Notes: generated by a model not told the origin, from the sequence alone. 64,000 nt of DNA from Ignavibacteriales bacterium (GCA_016177735.1 JACOUS010000026.1:2375-66374); one strand, 5' to 3'. Positions 9,690-20,944 are shown, numbered from the stretch's first letter. Translations and numbers: made by a program.

Positions 9690-9986
9690 TCAACGATAAA
9701 TAAAATCAAAAAATGTTAGAGCGAAGATGACAACGAGCGTCATTCCGCTTAATGCCAAGAACACTTTGAAAATTTTCTCTTCGAACTTTATGTGCATGAA
9801 AATATTTACAACAAGCGAAGATTTAATTGCGGCAATCAATAACGCAACGAACAAAGTATAACGTCCTAAATTTACACCGGCAATTGTTACGGTAATCGAA
9901 GTAAAAGCAAGCAGAGCAAGCCAAACTAAGATGTAAGTTCCATAACCCGGATGATGATGTTTGTGTTTTGGATTTTCGTGCTGCAT
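9690..9986 (-). CDS. Cytochrome c oxidase subunit IV-like small membrane protein
   Basis: About 98 aa with three hydrophobic helices, between coxC and coxB. ATG at 9986; the track uses the GTG at 9989. Confidence 0.7.
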   Translation of the reverse strand: MQHENPKHKHHHPGYGTYILVWLALLAFTSITVTIAGVNLGRYTLFVALLIAAIKSSLVVNIFMHIKFEEKIFKVFLALSGMTLVVIFALTFFDFIYR

Positions 9987-9993
9987 CACTGCC

Positions 9994-10623
9994 TCATTGA
10001 ATTAAATAAAATAACGGGAAGAGGAAAATCCAGATCAAATCCACAAGGTGCCAGTACAATCCGGCGTTTTCCAATTTCACATAATTATCGAAAGTAACTT
10101 TGTCTCTTATTATGAAGACGAGAATAAACAGTAGAATAACTACACCAATAATAACGTGCAATCCGTGCAGCCCGGTCATAACATAATAAAGACCGAAGAA
10201 AAGAATTTGTCCGTTTGATCTATTCAATAATTCTTCCGAACCGGGATAAATGCCGTGCTCAAATTTTGCAGACCACTCAAAATATTTATTCACCATGAAC
10301 ATAAACGCAAACAAAATAGTTACCGATAAAAGCAGAATCGAGAGGAACTTATTCTTTTTTTGAATTGCTGCAATCGCAAGAGCAACAGTCAAACTGCTTG
10401 TTAAAAGTATAATTGTGTTCAGCGTGCCGATGCCGGTGTTCAATTCCATCGCAGCAAGTCTAAAATCGTTTGTGTGTTGATAACGATAAACAGCATAAAC
10501 CAAAAACATTCCGCCGAAAAGAAGAACTTCAGTGAACAAAAAGAGCCACATCCCCATTCTTGCGCCGACATCATCGCGGTGTACATGTTGTTCTACTACA
10601 ACTGCCTCGTGGTCGTTACGCAT
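9994..10623 (-). CDS. coxC: Cytochrome c oxidase subunit III
   Basis: 209 aa. Five TM helices and a YWH.VD-type C-terminus. ATG overlaps the coxA stop by 8 nt. Confidence 0.9.
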   Translation of the reverse strand: MRNDHEAVVVEQHVHRDDVGARMGMWLFLFTEVLLFGGMFLVYAVYRYQHTNDFRLAAMELNTGIGTLNTIILLTSSLTVALAIAAIQKKNKFLSILLLSVTILFAFMFMVNKYFEWSAKFEHGIYPGSEELLNRSNGQILFFGLYYVMTGLHGLHVIIGVVILLFILVFIIRDKVTFDNYVKLENAGLYWHLVDLIWIFLFPLFYLIQ

Positions 10624-12256
10624 TTTTCATCTCCTTGAGTTGACTGAAATCGTACGGTTCGTGCGTGATTGTTGGAATCGTTTTAAAGTTTTCCATAATT
10701 GGCGGCGATTGAATATGCCATTCCAATGTTACTCCTCCCCACGGATTTGAAGGCGCTTTCGGTCCTTTGAAAAGCGCATGCAAAAGATATCCTACAATGA
10801 AAAAGATTGTGCCGCTCAAAATCCACGAGCCGATTGTCGAGATCATTTGCAGATTAGCAAACTGCGGAAGATAATCGTAATATCTTCTCGGCATTCCCAT
10901 GTAGCCCATTATAAATTTCGGGAAATAAAGAAGCATAAATCCAATGAAGAAAGTTGCAACGGAAATTCTTGCAAACTTAACATTGTACATTCTGCCGAAC
11001 ATTTTTGGGAACCAGTAATGGAGCGCGGCAAAAAAGATCGTGCCGGTTCCGCCAAACATTACAAAGTGGAAATGCGCAACAACAAAATATGTATCGTGAA
11101 CGTGTACATCGGTTGCAAGCGCGCCCAAAACCAATCCGGTTAATCCGCCGATTGAGAATAAGAAAATGAAAGCCATCACCCACAAAAACGGCGGCTGGGG
11201 ATCAATCGAACCTTTATACATTGTTGCAACCCAGTTAAAAACTTTCACACCGCTCGGCAGTGCGACCAAAAAAGTAAGTAATGAAAAAATCCATCGCGCG
11301 GTGTCGCTCATTCCGCTTGTGAACATGTGATGCGCCCAAACGAGATAGCCGACAAATGCAATTGCAAGACTCGACATTGCGATTGCAGTGTAACCAAAAA
11401 TTGTTCTTCTCGAAAAAGTTGGAATGATTTCCGAAACAACTCCCATCGCCGGAAGAATCATAATATAAACTGCCGGATGAGAATAGATCCAAAACATATG
11501 CTGGAACAAAATCGGGTCTCCGCCAAGTGCCGGGTCAAAAATTCCAACGCCAAACAATCTTTCGATGATAACAAGCAGAATTGTAATTCCCACAACCGGT
11601 GTCGCAATAATTTGAACCCACGCAGTTGCATAAGTTGCCCACACAAATAAGGGCATTTTAAAAAATCCCATGCCGGGTGCTCTTAAACGGTGAACTGTTG
11701 TGATAAAATTTAATCCGGTTAATATCGATGAGAAACCAAGTATGAATGCCGCGAGCAGAGGAAGCGAAATATTTGTTGTGCTTCTAACGCTGTAAGGAAT
11801 GTAAAATGTCCAGCCTGTATCAATAGGACCGCCCGGTAAAACCAAAGATAAAAGCGCAAGCACTGCACCAATCACATACAAATAGTATGAAAGTAAATTC
11901 AATCTTGGAAACGCAACGTCACGTGCGCCGATTTGTATCGGGAGGAAAAAGTTGCCGAATATTGCCGGCAGACCGGGAATGATAAAAAGGAAAATCATTA
12001 TCACACCGTGAAGCGTAAATAATGCATTATAAGTTTGTGCATCAACAATCGTTTTGCCCGGCGCCATGAGTTCAAGTCTCATTAACACTCCAACAATTAC
12101 ACCGACCAAAAAGAAAAAGATAATCGAGACCATGTACATCAACCCGATTCTTTTATGGTCAATCGTCAGCAGCCACGAAAGTATTCCCGAATATTTATTT
12201 GTACTCTGGTGATAAAAATTATCTGCTTTAACAGCCACAGCAGTTTGACCCATCAT
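10616..12256 (-). CDS. coxA: Cytochrome c oxidase subunit I (haem-copper oxidase)
   Basis: 546 aa. Motifs GVIMIFLF, WAHHMF and VVAHFHFVMFGG. Confidence 0.95.
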   Translation of the reverse strand: MMGQTAVAVKADNFYHQSTNKYSGILSWLLTIDHKRIGLMYMVSIIFFFLVGVIVGVLMRLELMAPGKTIVDAQTYNALFTLHGVIMIFLFIIPGLPAIFGNFFLPIQIGARDVAFPRLNLLSYYLYVIGAVLALLSLVLPGGPIDTGWTFYIPYSVRSTTNISLPLLAAFILGFSSILTGLNFITTVHRLRAPGMGFFKMPLFVWATYATAWVQIIATPVVGITILLVIIERLFGVGIFDPALGGDPILFQHMFWIYSHPAVYIMILPAMGVVSEIIPTFSRRTIFGYTAIAMSSLAIAFVGYLVWAHHMFTSGMSDTARWIFSLLTFLVALPSGVKVFNWVATMYKGSIDPQPPFLWVMAFIFLFSIGGLTGLVLGALATDVHVHDTYFVVAHFHFVMFGGTGTIFFAALHYWFPKMFGRMYNVKFARISVATFFIGFMLLYFPKFIMGYMGMPRRYYDYLPQFANLQMISTIGSWILSGTIFFIVGYLLHALFKGPKAPSNPWGGVTLEWHIQSPPIMENFKTIPTITHEPYDFSQLKEMKNA

Positions 12257-12260
12257 TTAC

Positions 12261-13052
12261 TTAAACTCCTTCATTCAAATTTGTTTTCTTTTTCTTTAGC
12301 ACAAGTACTCCCAGAAATATTCCGATTCCCAAGAGCATGATTAAACCGATAATTCTCGTAACATTTAATGTGTATTGTCTTCCCTCCGGATCGTAGCTGA
12401 AACAAAACTCCAGTACTTTGGAAATAGTGGGATTTGTTTTTCCGGCTTTCGCATCAAGCAAAGCCATCTTTACATCAAAAGGATTGAAACTTGTTCCGAA
12501 GAGATATCTCGAAATTTTTCCTTCCGGCGAAATTGAAATTATTGTGCTCGCATGAATGTACTGGTCGTCCGGACTTTTTTTATAATAGAACCCGGCGGCA
12601 TTTGTTAATTTTTTTATACTGGCACTATCAGCAGTCAAAAAGAGCCAATCTTTTGCATCGAACGGACGCTTCAAAGTTTTGAGATAATTCTTTTTCCATT
12701 TTGCGGCTACAGCCGGAGTTTCTCTCGGATCGAAACTGATTGTAACTACTTTAAAATCCCGCCCCGGCTCCAATTGGACTTTATCAATTGTCCATGTTAA
12801 TTCGTTTAGCATCGGACTGCAGATGCCCGGGCATTCATAATAAACAAAAGCAAGGAGCACCGGTTTATCAATCACACTTTTTAAACTGGCGGTATCTCCG
12901 TCGGAATTTACAAGTTTGGTTCCCAAGGGAAGATATTTCCCCAACTGCTCGTCAATTCCAGCTTCTATTCTTTTCTGGCAATAATTTTCGGAAGCTAAAA
13001 GAATGTAAACGCTTAAAAACAAATAAGTTATTTTAGATGAATTGATTTTCAT
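12261..13052 (-). CDS. SCO1/SenC copper chaperone
   Basis: 263 aa. Signal sequence and thioredoxin-fold CPGIC (CxxxC) motif, with a C-terminal TM segment. Confidence 0.85.
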   Translation of the reverse strand: MKINSSKITYLFLSVYILLASENYCQKRIEAGIDEQLGKYLPLGTKLVNSDGDTASLKSVIDKPVLLAFVYYECPGICSPMLNELTWTIDKVQLEPGRDFKVVTISFDPRETPAVAAKWKKNYLKTLKRPFDAKDWLFLTADSASIKKLTNAAGFYYKKSPDDQYIHASTIISISPEGKISRYLFGTSFNPFDVKMALLDAKAGKTNPTISKVLEFCFSYDPEGRQYTLNVTRIIGLIMLLGIGIFLGVLVLKKKKTNLNEGV

Positions 13053-13071
13053 AATAGTTTATCTATCAACC

Positions 13072-13992
13072 TCATAATGAATTCAAAACATCATAAATCA
13101 ACTTTAGTTCACTGCTCGATAATTGTAGAACCGAAGGCTTATACCCCATCGATAACGAAGAACTTGATAGCGCAGCGAGATATTTATCAAAGCTTATACC
13201 GGATTGAGAAGAAAAAGACCAAAGCACTTTTTCAAGGCTGTACGAATTTTTGGTCAACAACTTTGCTCCACCATCGTCACTCATTTGCAGTAATTTTTGC
13301 TTTGCGATCTGAATCTTGCTAACTGCGTTCAACGATTCTGCTAAAATTATGTTTTCAGACTTAACAACCGGCATTGTACTCGCCGTAACAACTCCGGCTG
13401 TCAAATTATAACTTGTGTTCATAGAAGTTAATTCATCTTCTGTGATCGGAGGAAATTCTGCAAAAGTTCTTATGTAATGGATAATATCGAAACGATCAGC
13501 CGGCGGAAGATATTCATAAGCTGCCATTCCTCTGGCAATAATTCCCTCTTGCAAAGTTTTATACATCGCATCAATAGTTCTTCCGTTAGTCCAGCCGTCA
13601 ACTGCATGAAAATTTCTCGGCTTAGGATTCAATGCTAAGCCAGCCGGACCGTCTCCCATTCCGTTATCGCCATGGCACGATTTGCAATTTGCATCAAACA
13701 ATTCTTTCCCTTTTGCAATCATTTCAGGTGTCGGAGTTTTAACCAGATTCAAATCAATTGCCGGTGTAACTCCACCCTTCTTTTCTGCAACCTCTTTTTT
13801 AACGTTTGCAGTATCGGAAGCGTTCACTACTTGTTCGTTGAAAGAGATCGGGATCAATTTATGCCCAAAAAATATTCCAAGCGCAAGCAGTGCGATGAAA
13901 AAATAAACGAACACCCACCCAAACAAGCGGATCGGTGTTTTCGTTAGTTCTCTAAATTTAATTTCGTCTTCGATTTTTCTTTGAGTATTCAT
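13072..13992 (-). CDS. Membrane-anchored monohaem cytochrome c with a long haem-free C-terminal extension
   Basis: 306 aa. N-terminal TM anchor, one CKSCH site and a Met ligand region (ARGMAAY), then about 130 residues with no haem motif. Confidence 0.75.
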   Translation of the reverse strand: MNTQRKIEDEIKFRELTKTPIRLFGWVFVYFFIALLALGIFFGHKLIPISFNEQVVNASDTANVKKEVAEKKGGVTPAIDLNLVKTPTPEMIAKGKELFDANCKSCHGDNGMGDGPAGLALNPKPRNFHAVDGWTNGRTIDAMYKTLQEGIIARGMAAYEYLPPADRFDIIHYIRTFAEFPPITEDELTSMNTSYNLTAGVVTASTMPVVKSENIILAESLNAVSKIQIAKQKLLQMSDDGGAKLLTKNSYSLEKVLWSFSSQSGISFDKYLAALSSSSLSMGYKPSVLQLSSSELKLIYDVLNSL

Positions 13993-14001
13993 AGTTAAGT
14001 T

Positions 14002-15189
14002 TTATAGTCTGAAATCAATTCCTCTTTGAAGTTTTGGATCTTTGATTGCAACAAGATTGTTTTTCTTTGCAAGTTGATTGAATAACAGCATTACCAATCC
14101 TATTGCGAATAAAACAAAACCAAGTTCGATCCAGCCGAATAATACGCCATCCTTGCTGTAGTTCGGCATAGCAAGCCAGTACATATCATACCAGTGTGCA
14201 AAAAGTATCCAGCACGACATTACAAGCAAACGTTTCGGATTCATTTTGGAAGGCTGCGAAAGCAAACCAAAATATGGAATAACAAAGCGCACAAAGATTA
14301 ACCCGATTGTAAAGATTATCCACGTCCCTTCCCATCTCTGTAAAAACCAAAAAGTTTCTTCGGGAAGATTGGCATACCAGATCAACATAAACTGGCTGAA
14401 AGCTATGTACGCCCAAAAATTTGTGAATGCAAAAAGGAGAGCACCCAAACTGTAGTAGTGATTCGAGTTCAACCCGTTTACAAGGTAACCGTTTTCATTC
14501 AGCATGACAATAATAATTGTTGCCGCCGCTAAACCGGCAAGTACCGAACCGGAGAAATAATAAACTCCGAGAATTGTAGAGAACCAGTGCGGTTCGAGAC
14601 TCATCAGCCAGTCAATTGCTGTGAATGAAATTGTGATTGCGAAAACCGGCATGAAGACAGCGGAGATTTTTATATTCTTTTTTGTCAGAGATTGATCACC
14701 GCTTGCATCTTGTTTCTTCGAATTTTTTATTATGAAGAAATAGAACACAAGCCATAAAAATATAAACGCTGCCGTACGAATAATGAAAAACGTAGAATTC
14801 AAATACGGTGCTTTTGATTGTAAAATTTTATCCGCACTCACTACTTCGGGATGCATCCAATGAAATATGTGACTCATATTCGAGAAAACCGGAATCAGCA
14901 CAAAGGGTAAAACAATTAACAACGCTGATAAAAATTCCGGTATTCTTCTGAACGGAGTACTCCAAACTGCACCGGATAAATATTCAACCGCAACCAAAAA
15001 CAATGAACCTAACCCGATGCTTGCCAAAAAAACGTAGAGTATAATATTGTTGAACGCCGCTCTCGTAGAATCTTGGACATAACCTAAAATCACAGCAAGC
15101 AAACCAACACCAAATAGAATCAACCCGATTGTTTGAATTTTTTTCGGAAGTTCTCTTTTTTGATATTCTGCATTATGAATTGAGCTCAT
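14002..15189 (-). CDS. actF: Alternative Complex III subunit ActF (NrfD-like polytopic)
   Basis: 395 aa polytopic protein. Positioned after actDE with an ATGA overlap. Confidence 0.8.
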   Translation of the reverse strand: MSSIHNAEYQKRELPKKIQTIGLILFGVGLLAVILGYVQDSTRAAFNNIILYVFLASIGLGSLFLVAVEYLSGAVWSTPFRRIPEFLSALLIVLPFVLIPVFSNMSHIFHWMHPEVVSADKILQSKAPYLNSTFFIIRTAAFIFLWLVFYFFIIKNSKKQDASGDQSLTKKNIKISAVFMPVFAITISFTAIDWLMSLEPHWFSTILGVYYFSGSVLAGLAAATIIIVMLNENGYLVNGLNSNHYYSLGALLFAFTNFWAYIAFSQFMLIWYANLPEETFWFLQRWEGTWIIFTIGLIFVRFVIPYFGLLSQPSKMNPKRLLVMSCWILFAHWYDMYWLAMPNYSKDGVLFGWIELGFVLFAIGLVMLLFNQLAKKNNLVAIKDPKLQRGIDFRL

Positions 15190-16325
15190 TGTAAATCAGA
15201 CTCCTTGGCATTTAGCGCTCTTTGTAAAACTCTTATATAATGAACTGCCGCCCACTTTTCTTCAGCAGTAAGTTGTGTTGAATATGACGGCATTATATTC
15301 TGTCCATCGGTAATCACATGAAAAATTCTTCCATCACTCCATGTTCTAACTTTTTCGGAATGCAAGCTTGGCGGATTCGGGAATTGACCGCGCAAACGGC
15401 TCTCTCCTTCTCCGTGATAACCGTGACACGGGCTGCAGTAAACATCAAATTTTTTCTGCCCGAGTTCGAGTACCGATTTACTTACCGGAAGCGGATTCAC
15501 AAGATTTTCACCGGCAGCTTCGGGCTGCCCTTTGAAAGCGTACGGCAGATATCCGCGTGCAACCGTTCCTTCAACCGGTTTTCGCATTCCGAAACCATCT
15601 GCAAAAATTGTTGAAGTACTTTGCGGATTTAACTTTTCTTGTTCCATCATCCAATCGAACGGCGGAAGGTAAAGTAATTTATTCAATGTGAGATACGATA
15701 TGCCCGAAGTAAACAAAGCGGTTAAAAGCAGAAAGCCGATAAACTTCGGCTCCAATATTTTGTGCTTATGATTAATCTCTTCTTCATCAAAATAGACCGG
15801 CGAAATATTTACAGCGCCGCACTCTTCCAAAAATTTCTTTACATCAGCCTCATTAAATTTTTCATCTTCGGCTTGAATTAAAATTCCGTATTTATCCACA
15901 GCAACATTTTTCATGTATTCGGTTCCGTGCAAAGGATGTCCATTATTCGGAAGTTTGAAGAAGATGAGCAGCATAGTTAAAACTGTTGCGATGGAAGCCG
16001 ATAAAACAGTAACTTCAAAAATTACCGGAACGTAAGCCGGAAATGAAAAGAGAGGCTTGCCGCCAATTACAATCGGATAGTCTTTTGCAGAGATCCAAAA
16101 CATTGCAAGTACTGCCGCAAGTGCGCTGGAAAGCCCAACTACAAGCGAAACATAACCAAGCTTCGATGTAGGGAGTTTCATCGCCTTGTTCATTCCGTGC
16201 AAAGGATACGGCGTGTGAACATCAAATTTTTTATATCCTTTCGAAGCGGCTTTTTCTGCAGCGTGCGTTATTGAATCCGGGCTATCGAATAATCCCGTGT
16301 AACCGTATAAAATCTTTTCGCTCAT
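15186..16325 (-). CDS. actDE: Alternative Complex III fused ActD-ActE (membrane domain plus monohaem cytochrome c)
   Basis: I place the start at ATG 16325 (MSEKILYGY...), 1 nt after the actC stop. The track's 16382 start would overlap actC by 56 nt. Two TM helices, then a C-terminal CSPCH. Confidence 0.8.
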   Translation of the reverse strand: MSEKILYGYTGLFDSPDSITHAAEKAASKGYKKFDVHTPYPLHGMNKAMKLPTSKLGYVSLVVGLSSALAAVLAMFWISAKDYPIVIGGKPLFSFPAYVPVIFEVTVLSASIATVLTMLLIFFKLPNNGHPLHGTEYMKNVAVDKYGILIQAEDEKFNEADVKKFLEECGAVNISPVYFDEEEINHKHKILEPKFIGFLLLTALFTSGISYLTLNKLLYLPPFDWMMEQEKLNPQSTSTIFADGFGMRKPVEGTVARGYLPYAFKGQPEAAGENLVNPLPVSKSVLELGQKKFDVYCSPCHGYHGEGESRLRGQFPNPPSLHSEKVRTWSDGRIFHVITDGQNIMPSYSTQLTAEEKWAAVHYIRVLQRALNAKESDLQ

Positions 16326-16326
16326 T

Positions 16327-17694
16327 TTAATGATCCTTATGAGAAGGTTGAGCTCCGTCAACCACAGCTTTAACTTCGGCAAGTGAGACTACAGGCAGTG
16401 CTTTTGTGAACAAAAGAATAAACGTGAAGAAAAAACCGAAACTGCCGATCAATATCATAAAATCTACATACGTAGGCTTGTAATACGCCCAGCTCGAAGG
16501 CAGATAATCCCGCGAGAGCGAAGAAACAACAATTACAAATCTTTCGAACCACATACCGACATTTACAAATACCGCAATTACAAACATCACCGGAACCGAT
16601 CTTCTAATTTTCTTAATCCAGAAAAGCTGGGGAGAGATAACATTACATGAAACCATTATCCAGTATGCCCATGCGTACGGACCGAATGCTCTGTTAACAA
16701 ATGTAAACTGCTCTGCTTCTACACCGCTGTACCACGCGATAAAAAATTCCATTGCGTATGCGTAACCGACCATCGAACCGGTAACAAGCATTATCTTATT
16801 CATTTTATCGAGTGTATCAACAGTAATTATGTGTTCGTAATTGAAAATTTTTCTAATGATGAGCAAAACATTTTGAACCATCGCAAAACCTGAAAAAACT
16901 GCACCGGCAACAAAATACGGCGGAAATATCGTTGTGTGCCATCCGGGCATTATCGAGACTGCAAAATCGAAACTAACAATTGTGTGAACCGAAAGAACAA
17001 GCGGCGTTGCAAATCCGGCTAATATCAAATAAACCATTTCATAATGATTCCAATGACGGTTGGAAAATCTCCATCCCAAACTGAAGATCGAATAAGTTAA
17101 TTTTTTCACTTTGCCGGATGTTCTTTCTCTCAACACGGCAAAGTCGGGAATCAATCCAACATACCAGAAAATCAGCGAGACTGTAAAATATGTTGATACC
17201 GCGAACACATCCCAAAGAAGCGGCGATGTAAAGTTTGTCCAAATTCCATGTTGATTTGGATACGGCAAAAGCCAGCCATCAAGCCACGGTCTTCCAACGT
17301 GAATTAACGGAAACAACATCGCAGTCATAACTGCGAAGATTGTCATTCCTTCAGCAAAGCGGGCAATACCGGTTCTCCATTTTTGCCTGAATAAAAATAG
17401 AATTGCAGAAATAAGAGTTCCGGCGTGACCGATACCGACCCAAAAAACAAAGTTCACAATATCGAAAGCCCAGCCGACCGGATTATTGTTTCCCCACATT
17501 CCGATACCGTACCAAAATGTTAACCCCAAACCAATCACAAACAATCCGAGCATCGAAAGAGTAATCGACAAAGCGATGTAGAATTTTTTATCCGGCTTTG
17601 TTTCAAGCGGTTTGGAAATCAAATCATCGAGTGATCTTAGCGGCGGCTTGCCTTCAATTACAGATAATTCTTTTGTGTAATCAACAACACTCAC
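16327..17694 (-). CDS. actC: Alternative Complex III subunit ActC (NrfD/PsrC-like quinol-interacting)
   Basis: 455 aa polytopic protein. GTG start overlaps the actB stop (GTGA). Confidence 0.85.
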   Translation of the reverse strand: MSVVDYTKELSVIEGKPPLRSLDDLISKPLETKPDKKFYIALSITLSMLGLFVIGLGLTFWYGIGMWGNNNPVGWAFDIVNFVFWVGIGHAGTLISAILFLFRQKWRTGIARFAEGMTIFAVMTAMLFPLIHVGRPWLDGWLLPYPNQHGIWTNFTSPLLWDVFAVSTYFTVSLIFWYVGLIPDFAVLRERTSGKVKKLTYSIFSLGWRFSNRHWNHYEMVYLILAGFATPLVLSVHTIVSFDFAVSIMPGWHTTIFPPYFVAGAVFSGFAMVQNVLLIIRKIFNYEHIITVDTLDKMNKIMLVTGSMVGYAYAMEFFIAWYSGVEAEQFTFVNRAFGPYAWAYWIMVSCNVISPQLFWIKKIRRSVPVMFVIAVFVNVGMWFERFVIVVSSLSRDYLPSSWAYYKPTYVDFMILIGSFGFFFTFILLFTKALPVVSLAEVKAVVDGAQPSHKDH

Positions 17695-20600
17695 GCAATT
17701 TCCTCCGAATGGGTGTTTCTCAATTTTGCTAAATATGTTACGTTCGGTTTAACATTTAATTCTTCCAAAACATGATATGCGAGATCGTGCTCGCGCAATT
17801 TTGAAACTTCTGATTCCGAATCATTTGCATCACCGAAGACGATCGCATTTGAAGGACATGCTTGCTGGCAAGCAGTAACAACATCACTTCCCTTCAATTC
17901 TCTTCCGTCTCTAATTGCATTCGAACGTGCATCCATAATTCTTTGCACGCAGAATGTACATTTCTCCATCACACCGCGAGAACGTACCGTTACTTCGGGA
18001 TTGTTCACAAGCGCAGTCAAATCATTTTCATAATACGAATCTGCAAACTCATCGCGGAAGTTGAAGAAGTTGAATCTTCTTACTTTGTACGGACAGTTAT
18101 TCGAACAGTATCTCGTTCCAACACAACGGTTGTATGCCATTTGATTGAGTCCGTCCGGGCTGTGATTTGTTGCGTTAACCGGGCAGACATTTTCGCACGG
18201 TGCATTATCGCAATGCTGGCACAACATCGGTTGATTGCTTACAATCGGTTCATCAGGTGTGCCCGAATAATAACGATCGACTCTAATCCATTGCATTTCT
18301 CTGCCGCGCAAAACTTGTTCTTTGCCGACAACCGGAACATTATTTTCTACATTACATGAAGCAACACAAACGCCGCAGCTTGTACATTTATTCAAATCAA
18401 TTGCCATCGCCCATTTTGCGCCGTCATATTTGTGTTCTCTTGTGATGCTAAATATTTCTTCTTTCTCTTTATGAAGGAAATGCGGATTTTTTTTGTAACC
18501 TTCTACAGTACCTTCGCGAATTATATTTCTTTTTCTATGAAAATCTTTAACAAATGTTTCATCCAACGAATGGTGTTCTTGAGTTGATGCAAGTTTGTGT
18601 GTGCCGCCGATTTTTGTAATCGTAGCATTAGAATAAATGAAAGGCGATGAGTCGAAATTTTTCGACATCAATTTGATCGAATTGAATCCGACATTTCTTC
18701 CGACTTCACCGCAGACAGTTCTTCCGTAACCGAGTTCGATATTAATTGTAGTATCGCTCATGCCCGGTTGAACAAGTACAGGCAAAGTAAGTTTATGACC
18801 ATTTGCAGAAACTTCCACGAGATCGTTGTTCTCTGCATTCAATTTTTTTGAAGCTGACGGCGAAATAGCTGCGTAATTATCCCATACAATTTTTGTTACC
18901 GGATGAGGAATCTCTTGTAACCAGCCATTGTTCGCAAATTTGCCGTCGCCGACAAAACAATTATTTGTTAAATGAAGAACATATCCGCCCTTCTGATTTT
19001 CTTTCGTATTCAATAAAGATGATTGATTCATCTTCGAAGATGTTGGAACGTTTTCATCAAATGTTACAACGCCGTCATGCAAAGCAGAAAGCCAGAATGT
19101 GCGTGCATCCGTAAACGGATTTTTCTTCGCGTAAACTTCCGTGTTAAAATTCTCCATCAAATAATTATGATAGATATCTTCTTTATAACTTGATGAAGAG
19201 CCGTTAATCCATGTTAATAGAATTGCTTCCTTCTGCCTCGTGTTGAAGAGTGGAGAAATGACCGGCTGCTGCAAACTGTAAATTCCCGTTCGCGAACTAA
19301 AATCTCCCCAGCTTTCCAATTGATTGTTTATCGGAAGTGTATAATGAGAAAACGCGGACGTTTCATTTTCACTTTCGGTAAGTGAAATCACAGTTGAAAC
19401 TTTTTTTAGAGCGGAAGCATAACCGAAATCATCCGCCAATTGATAAACCGGATTTACGCCGCAATGAATTACAACACCGGCATTCCCTTTGTTTATCGAA
19501 TCAATTAATTGTTCAATCTCTTCTTTCGAAGAATGCTTTGCCAAATTTTTAAAAGCTCTCGAATAATCATAAAGAAGTGTGCCGCCGATAATTTCATTGA
19601 GTAGATTTACAGCAATGTGCACATCTTTCGAAAGTGTTTCGCCGGCATAAACAATTGCTTTGCCTCTGTTTGAATTAAAGTCGTTTACCAGATTGTTAAG
19701 TTTATCTTTGCCGGCACTCTTTTCAAATTTTGAGAAAGAATATTTTTGAATTTTTGATTGAACAGCCGAATCAATTGAAATTGCAGAGCCTTTACGAACA
19801 AGTTCGTTGATAAGCGCCATAACAAATTCATACTGTTCATCGGGAGAAATTCTCAATCTGTAATCCGCCATCATACCGGTCGAGCTCATTCTTCCTTCCG
19901 CTGCATACAATCTGTTGAAATCAATTTTGTTCAGCGGCTCTCTTTTCCTTGTAAACTTTTCTACGGCTTCAATATGATTTCCTTCACTGCCGAGAAAATC
20001 AGAATCGAGTGCAAGAATAATATTTGCTTCGTCCCACTTCACAGACGGATACTCGTAAGTGCCGTAAAAATCAAACCATGCATTTCGTCTGTTTGCATCG
20101 TTAATCAGTTCAATAGGATAAATTTTTGTGCCCTGATATTTCGCCGAAAAATCATTCAACAACTTTAAATAAGTCGGCGATGTAATCGTTTCCGTTACTA
20201 TCGCAATCTCTTTTGAGTTATTCCGAGCAATGTTCAGTGCGGAAATAATTTCGTCATCAACTTTTTTCCAATCAACTTTAGATTTATTAATAGTTGGATC
20301 GGTTAGTCTTTCCGGATCGTATAAATTGAGTATGCTTGCTTGTCCCTTTGCGCAGATTTTTCCTTTGTTAATCGGATGGTCGGGGTTGCCGTCAATTTTT
20401 ATCGGTCTGCCTTCCCGTGTTTTTACAAGAATGCCGCAATTGTTTTCGCAGCCGCTGCAAGTTGATGCATAAAAATTTGGAATACCGGGTAGAATTTCTT
20501 CCGGTCTTTTGTTGTAAGGTACAATCTCACCTTTGTCGCGGTAATCGGTACATGCAGTTGCAGTAACGGCAGCCGATGCTGAAAGGAGTGCCAAAAATTT

Positions 20601-20762
20601 TCTGCGAGATATTCCGCTCAGTTTCGATGAATCAAAATCATCAGTAACGCCTTCCAAAAATTCATTTTGTTTCAGCTTCTGAATTTCGGGATCGCTGTTG
20701 TAGTCTTCCAAACTTTTCCAGAACTCTTTTTTGTTATCTGTGGAATTCCGAGAATTATTCAT
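17691..20762 (-). CDS. actB: Alternative Complex III subunit ActB (fused molybdopterin-like B1 plus 4-cluster ferredoxin B2)
   Basis: 1023 aa. Tat signal [19 protein letters not shown]. Fe-S motifs [44 protein letters not shown] and CQQACP. Confidence 0.9.
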   Translation of the reverse strand: MNNSRNSTDNKKEFWKSLEDYNSDPEIQKLKQNEFLEGVTDDFDSSKLSGISRRKFLALLSASAAVTATACTDYRDKGEIVPYNKRPEEILPGIPNFYASTCSGCENNCGILVKTREGRPIKIDGNPDHPINKGKICAKGQASILNLYDPERLTDPTINKSKVDWKKVDDEIISALNIARNNSKEIAIVTETITSPTYLKLLNDFSAKYQGTKIYPIELINDANRRNAWFDFYGTYEYPSVKWDEANIILALDSDFLGSEGNHIEAVEKFTRKREPLNKIDFNRLYAAEGRMSSTGMMADYRLRISPDEQYEFVMALINELVRKGSAISIDSAVQSKIQKYSFSKFEKSAGKDKLNNLVNDFNSNRGKAIVYAGETLSKDVHIAVNLLNEIIGGTLLYDYSRAFKNLAKHSSKEEIEQLIDSINKGNAGVVIHCGVNPVYQLADDFGYASALKKVSTVISLTESENETSAFSHYTLPINNQLESWGDFSSRTGIYSLQQPVISPLFNTRQKEAILLTWINGSSSSYKEDIYHNYLMENFNTEVYAKKNPFTDARTFWLSALHDGVVTFDENVPTSSKMNQSSLLNTKENQKGGYVLHLTNNCFVGDGKFANNGWLQEIPHPVTKIVWDNYAAISPSASKKLNAENNDLVEVSANGHKLTLPVLVQPGMSDTTINIELGYGRTVCGEVGRNVGFNSIKLMSKNFDSSPFIYSNATITKIGGTHKLASTQEHHSLDETFVKDFHRKRNIIREGTVEGYKKNPHFLHKEKEEIFSITREHKYDGAKWAMAIDLNKCTSCGVCVASCNVENNVPVVGKEQVLRGREMQWIRVDRYYSGTPDEPIVSNQPMLCQHCDNAPCENVCPVNATNHSPDGLNQMAYNRCVGTRYCSNNCPYKVRRFNFFNFRDEFADSYYENDLTALVNNPEVTVRSRGVMEKCTFCVQRIMDARSNAIRDGRELKGSDVVTACQQACPSNAIVFGDANDSESEVSKLREHDLAYHVLEELNVKPNVTYLAKLRNTHSEEIA

Positions 20763-20764
20763 TT

Positions 20765-20944
20765 CTAAACCTTATTTGTTCTTTTAACAGCAGATGGGTG
20801 TAGATTAACTTTCACTTTCTTGCCGCTGATTTGCTTTGATCTAAAAAATTTTACCGGCAGTGCCGAAACAATAAATCCAATCAATGCACCGAGACCGATT
20901 ATTTCTAAAAATTTTTTTCTGTCAAAATTTTTCTCGTTCATCAT
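20765..20944 (-). CDS. Unlisted 58-59 codon single-TM ORF between actA and actB
   Basis: Below the 60 aa track cut-off. Sequence MMNEKNFDRKKFLEIIGLGALIGFIVSALPVKFFRSKQISGKKVKVNLHPSAVKRTNKV. GAGGGA lies just upstream of the tandem ATGs. The stop is 2 nt before the actB ATG and the start is 13 nt after the actA stop. Confidence 0.4.
   Translation of the reverse strand: MMNEKNFDRKKFLEIIGLGALIGFIVSALPVKFFRSKQISGKKVKVNLHPSAVKRTNKV

Noticed and set aside
8865-9719. 284 aa plus-strand ORF spanning ctaB and coxB
   Set aside because: It is antisense to two well-supported genes (CuA site, UbiA motifs). The translation is low-complexity and Arg/Asn/Phe-rich with no motif. It is typical of shadow ORFs opposite AT-rich coding sequence.
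17862-18359. 165 aa plus-strand ORF inside actB
   Set aside because: It is antisense to the Fe-S cluster region of ActB, and its Cys/Ile/Arg-rich translation simply mirrors the sense-strand codons. The same reasoning rejects 960-1481, 10778-11143, 11327-11650, 31237-31677, 39722-40150, 41307-41723, 57619-58053, and the same-strand alternate-frame ORF 55909-56370 inside the MATE gene.
17691-20762. Recoding (selenocysteine or frameshift) in the molybdopterin-like ActB
   Set aside because: The 1023 aa frame is uninterrupted with no in-frame TGA. ACIII ActB is known to lack the molybdenum cofactor, so no Sec site is expected.
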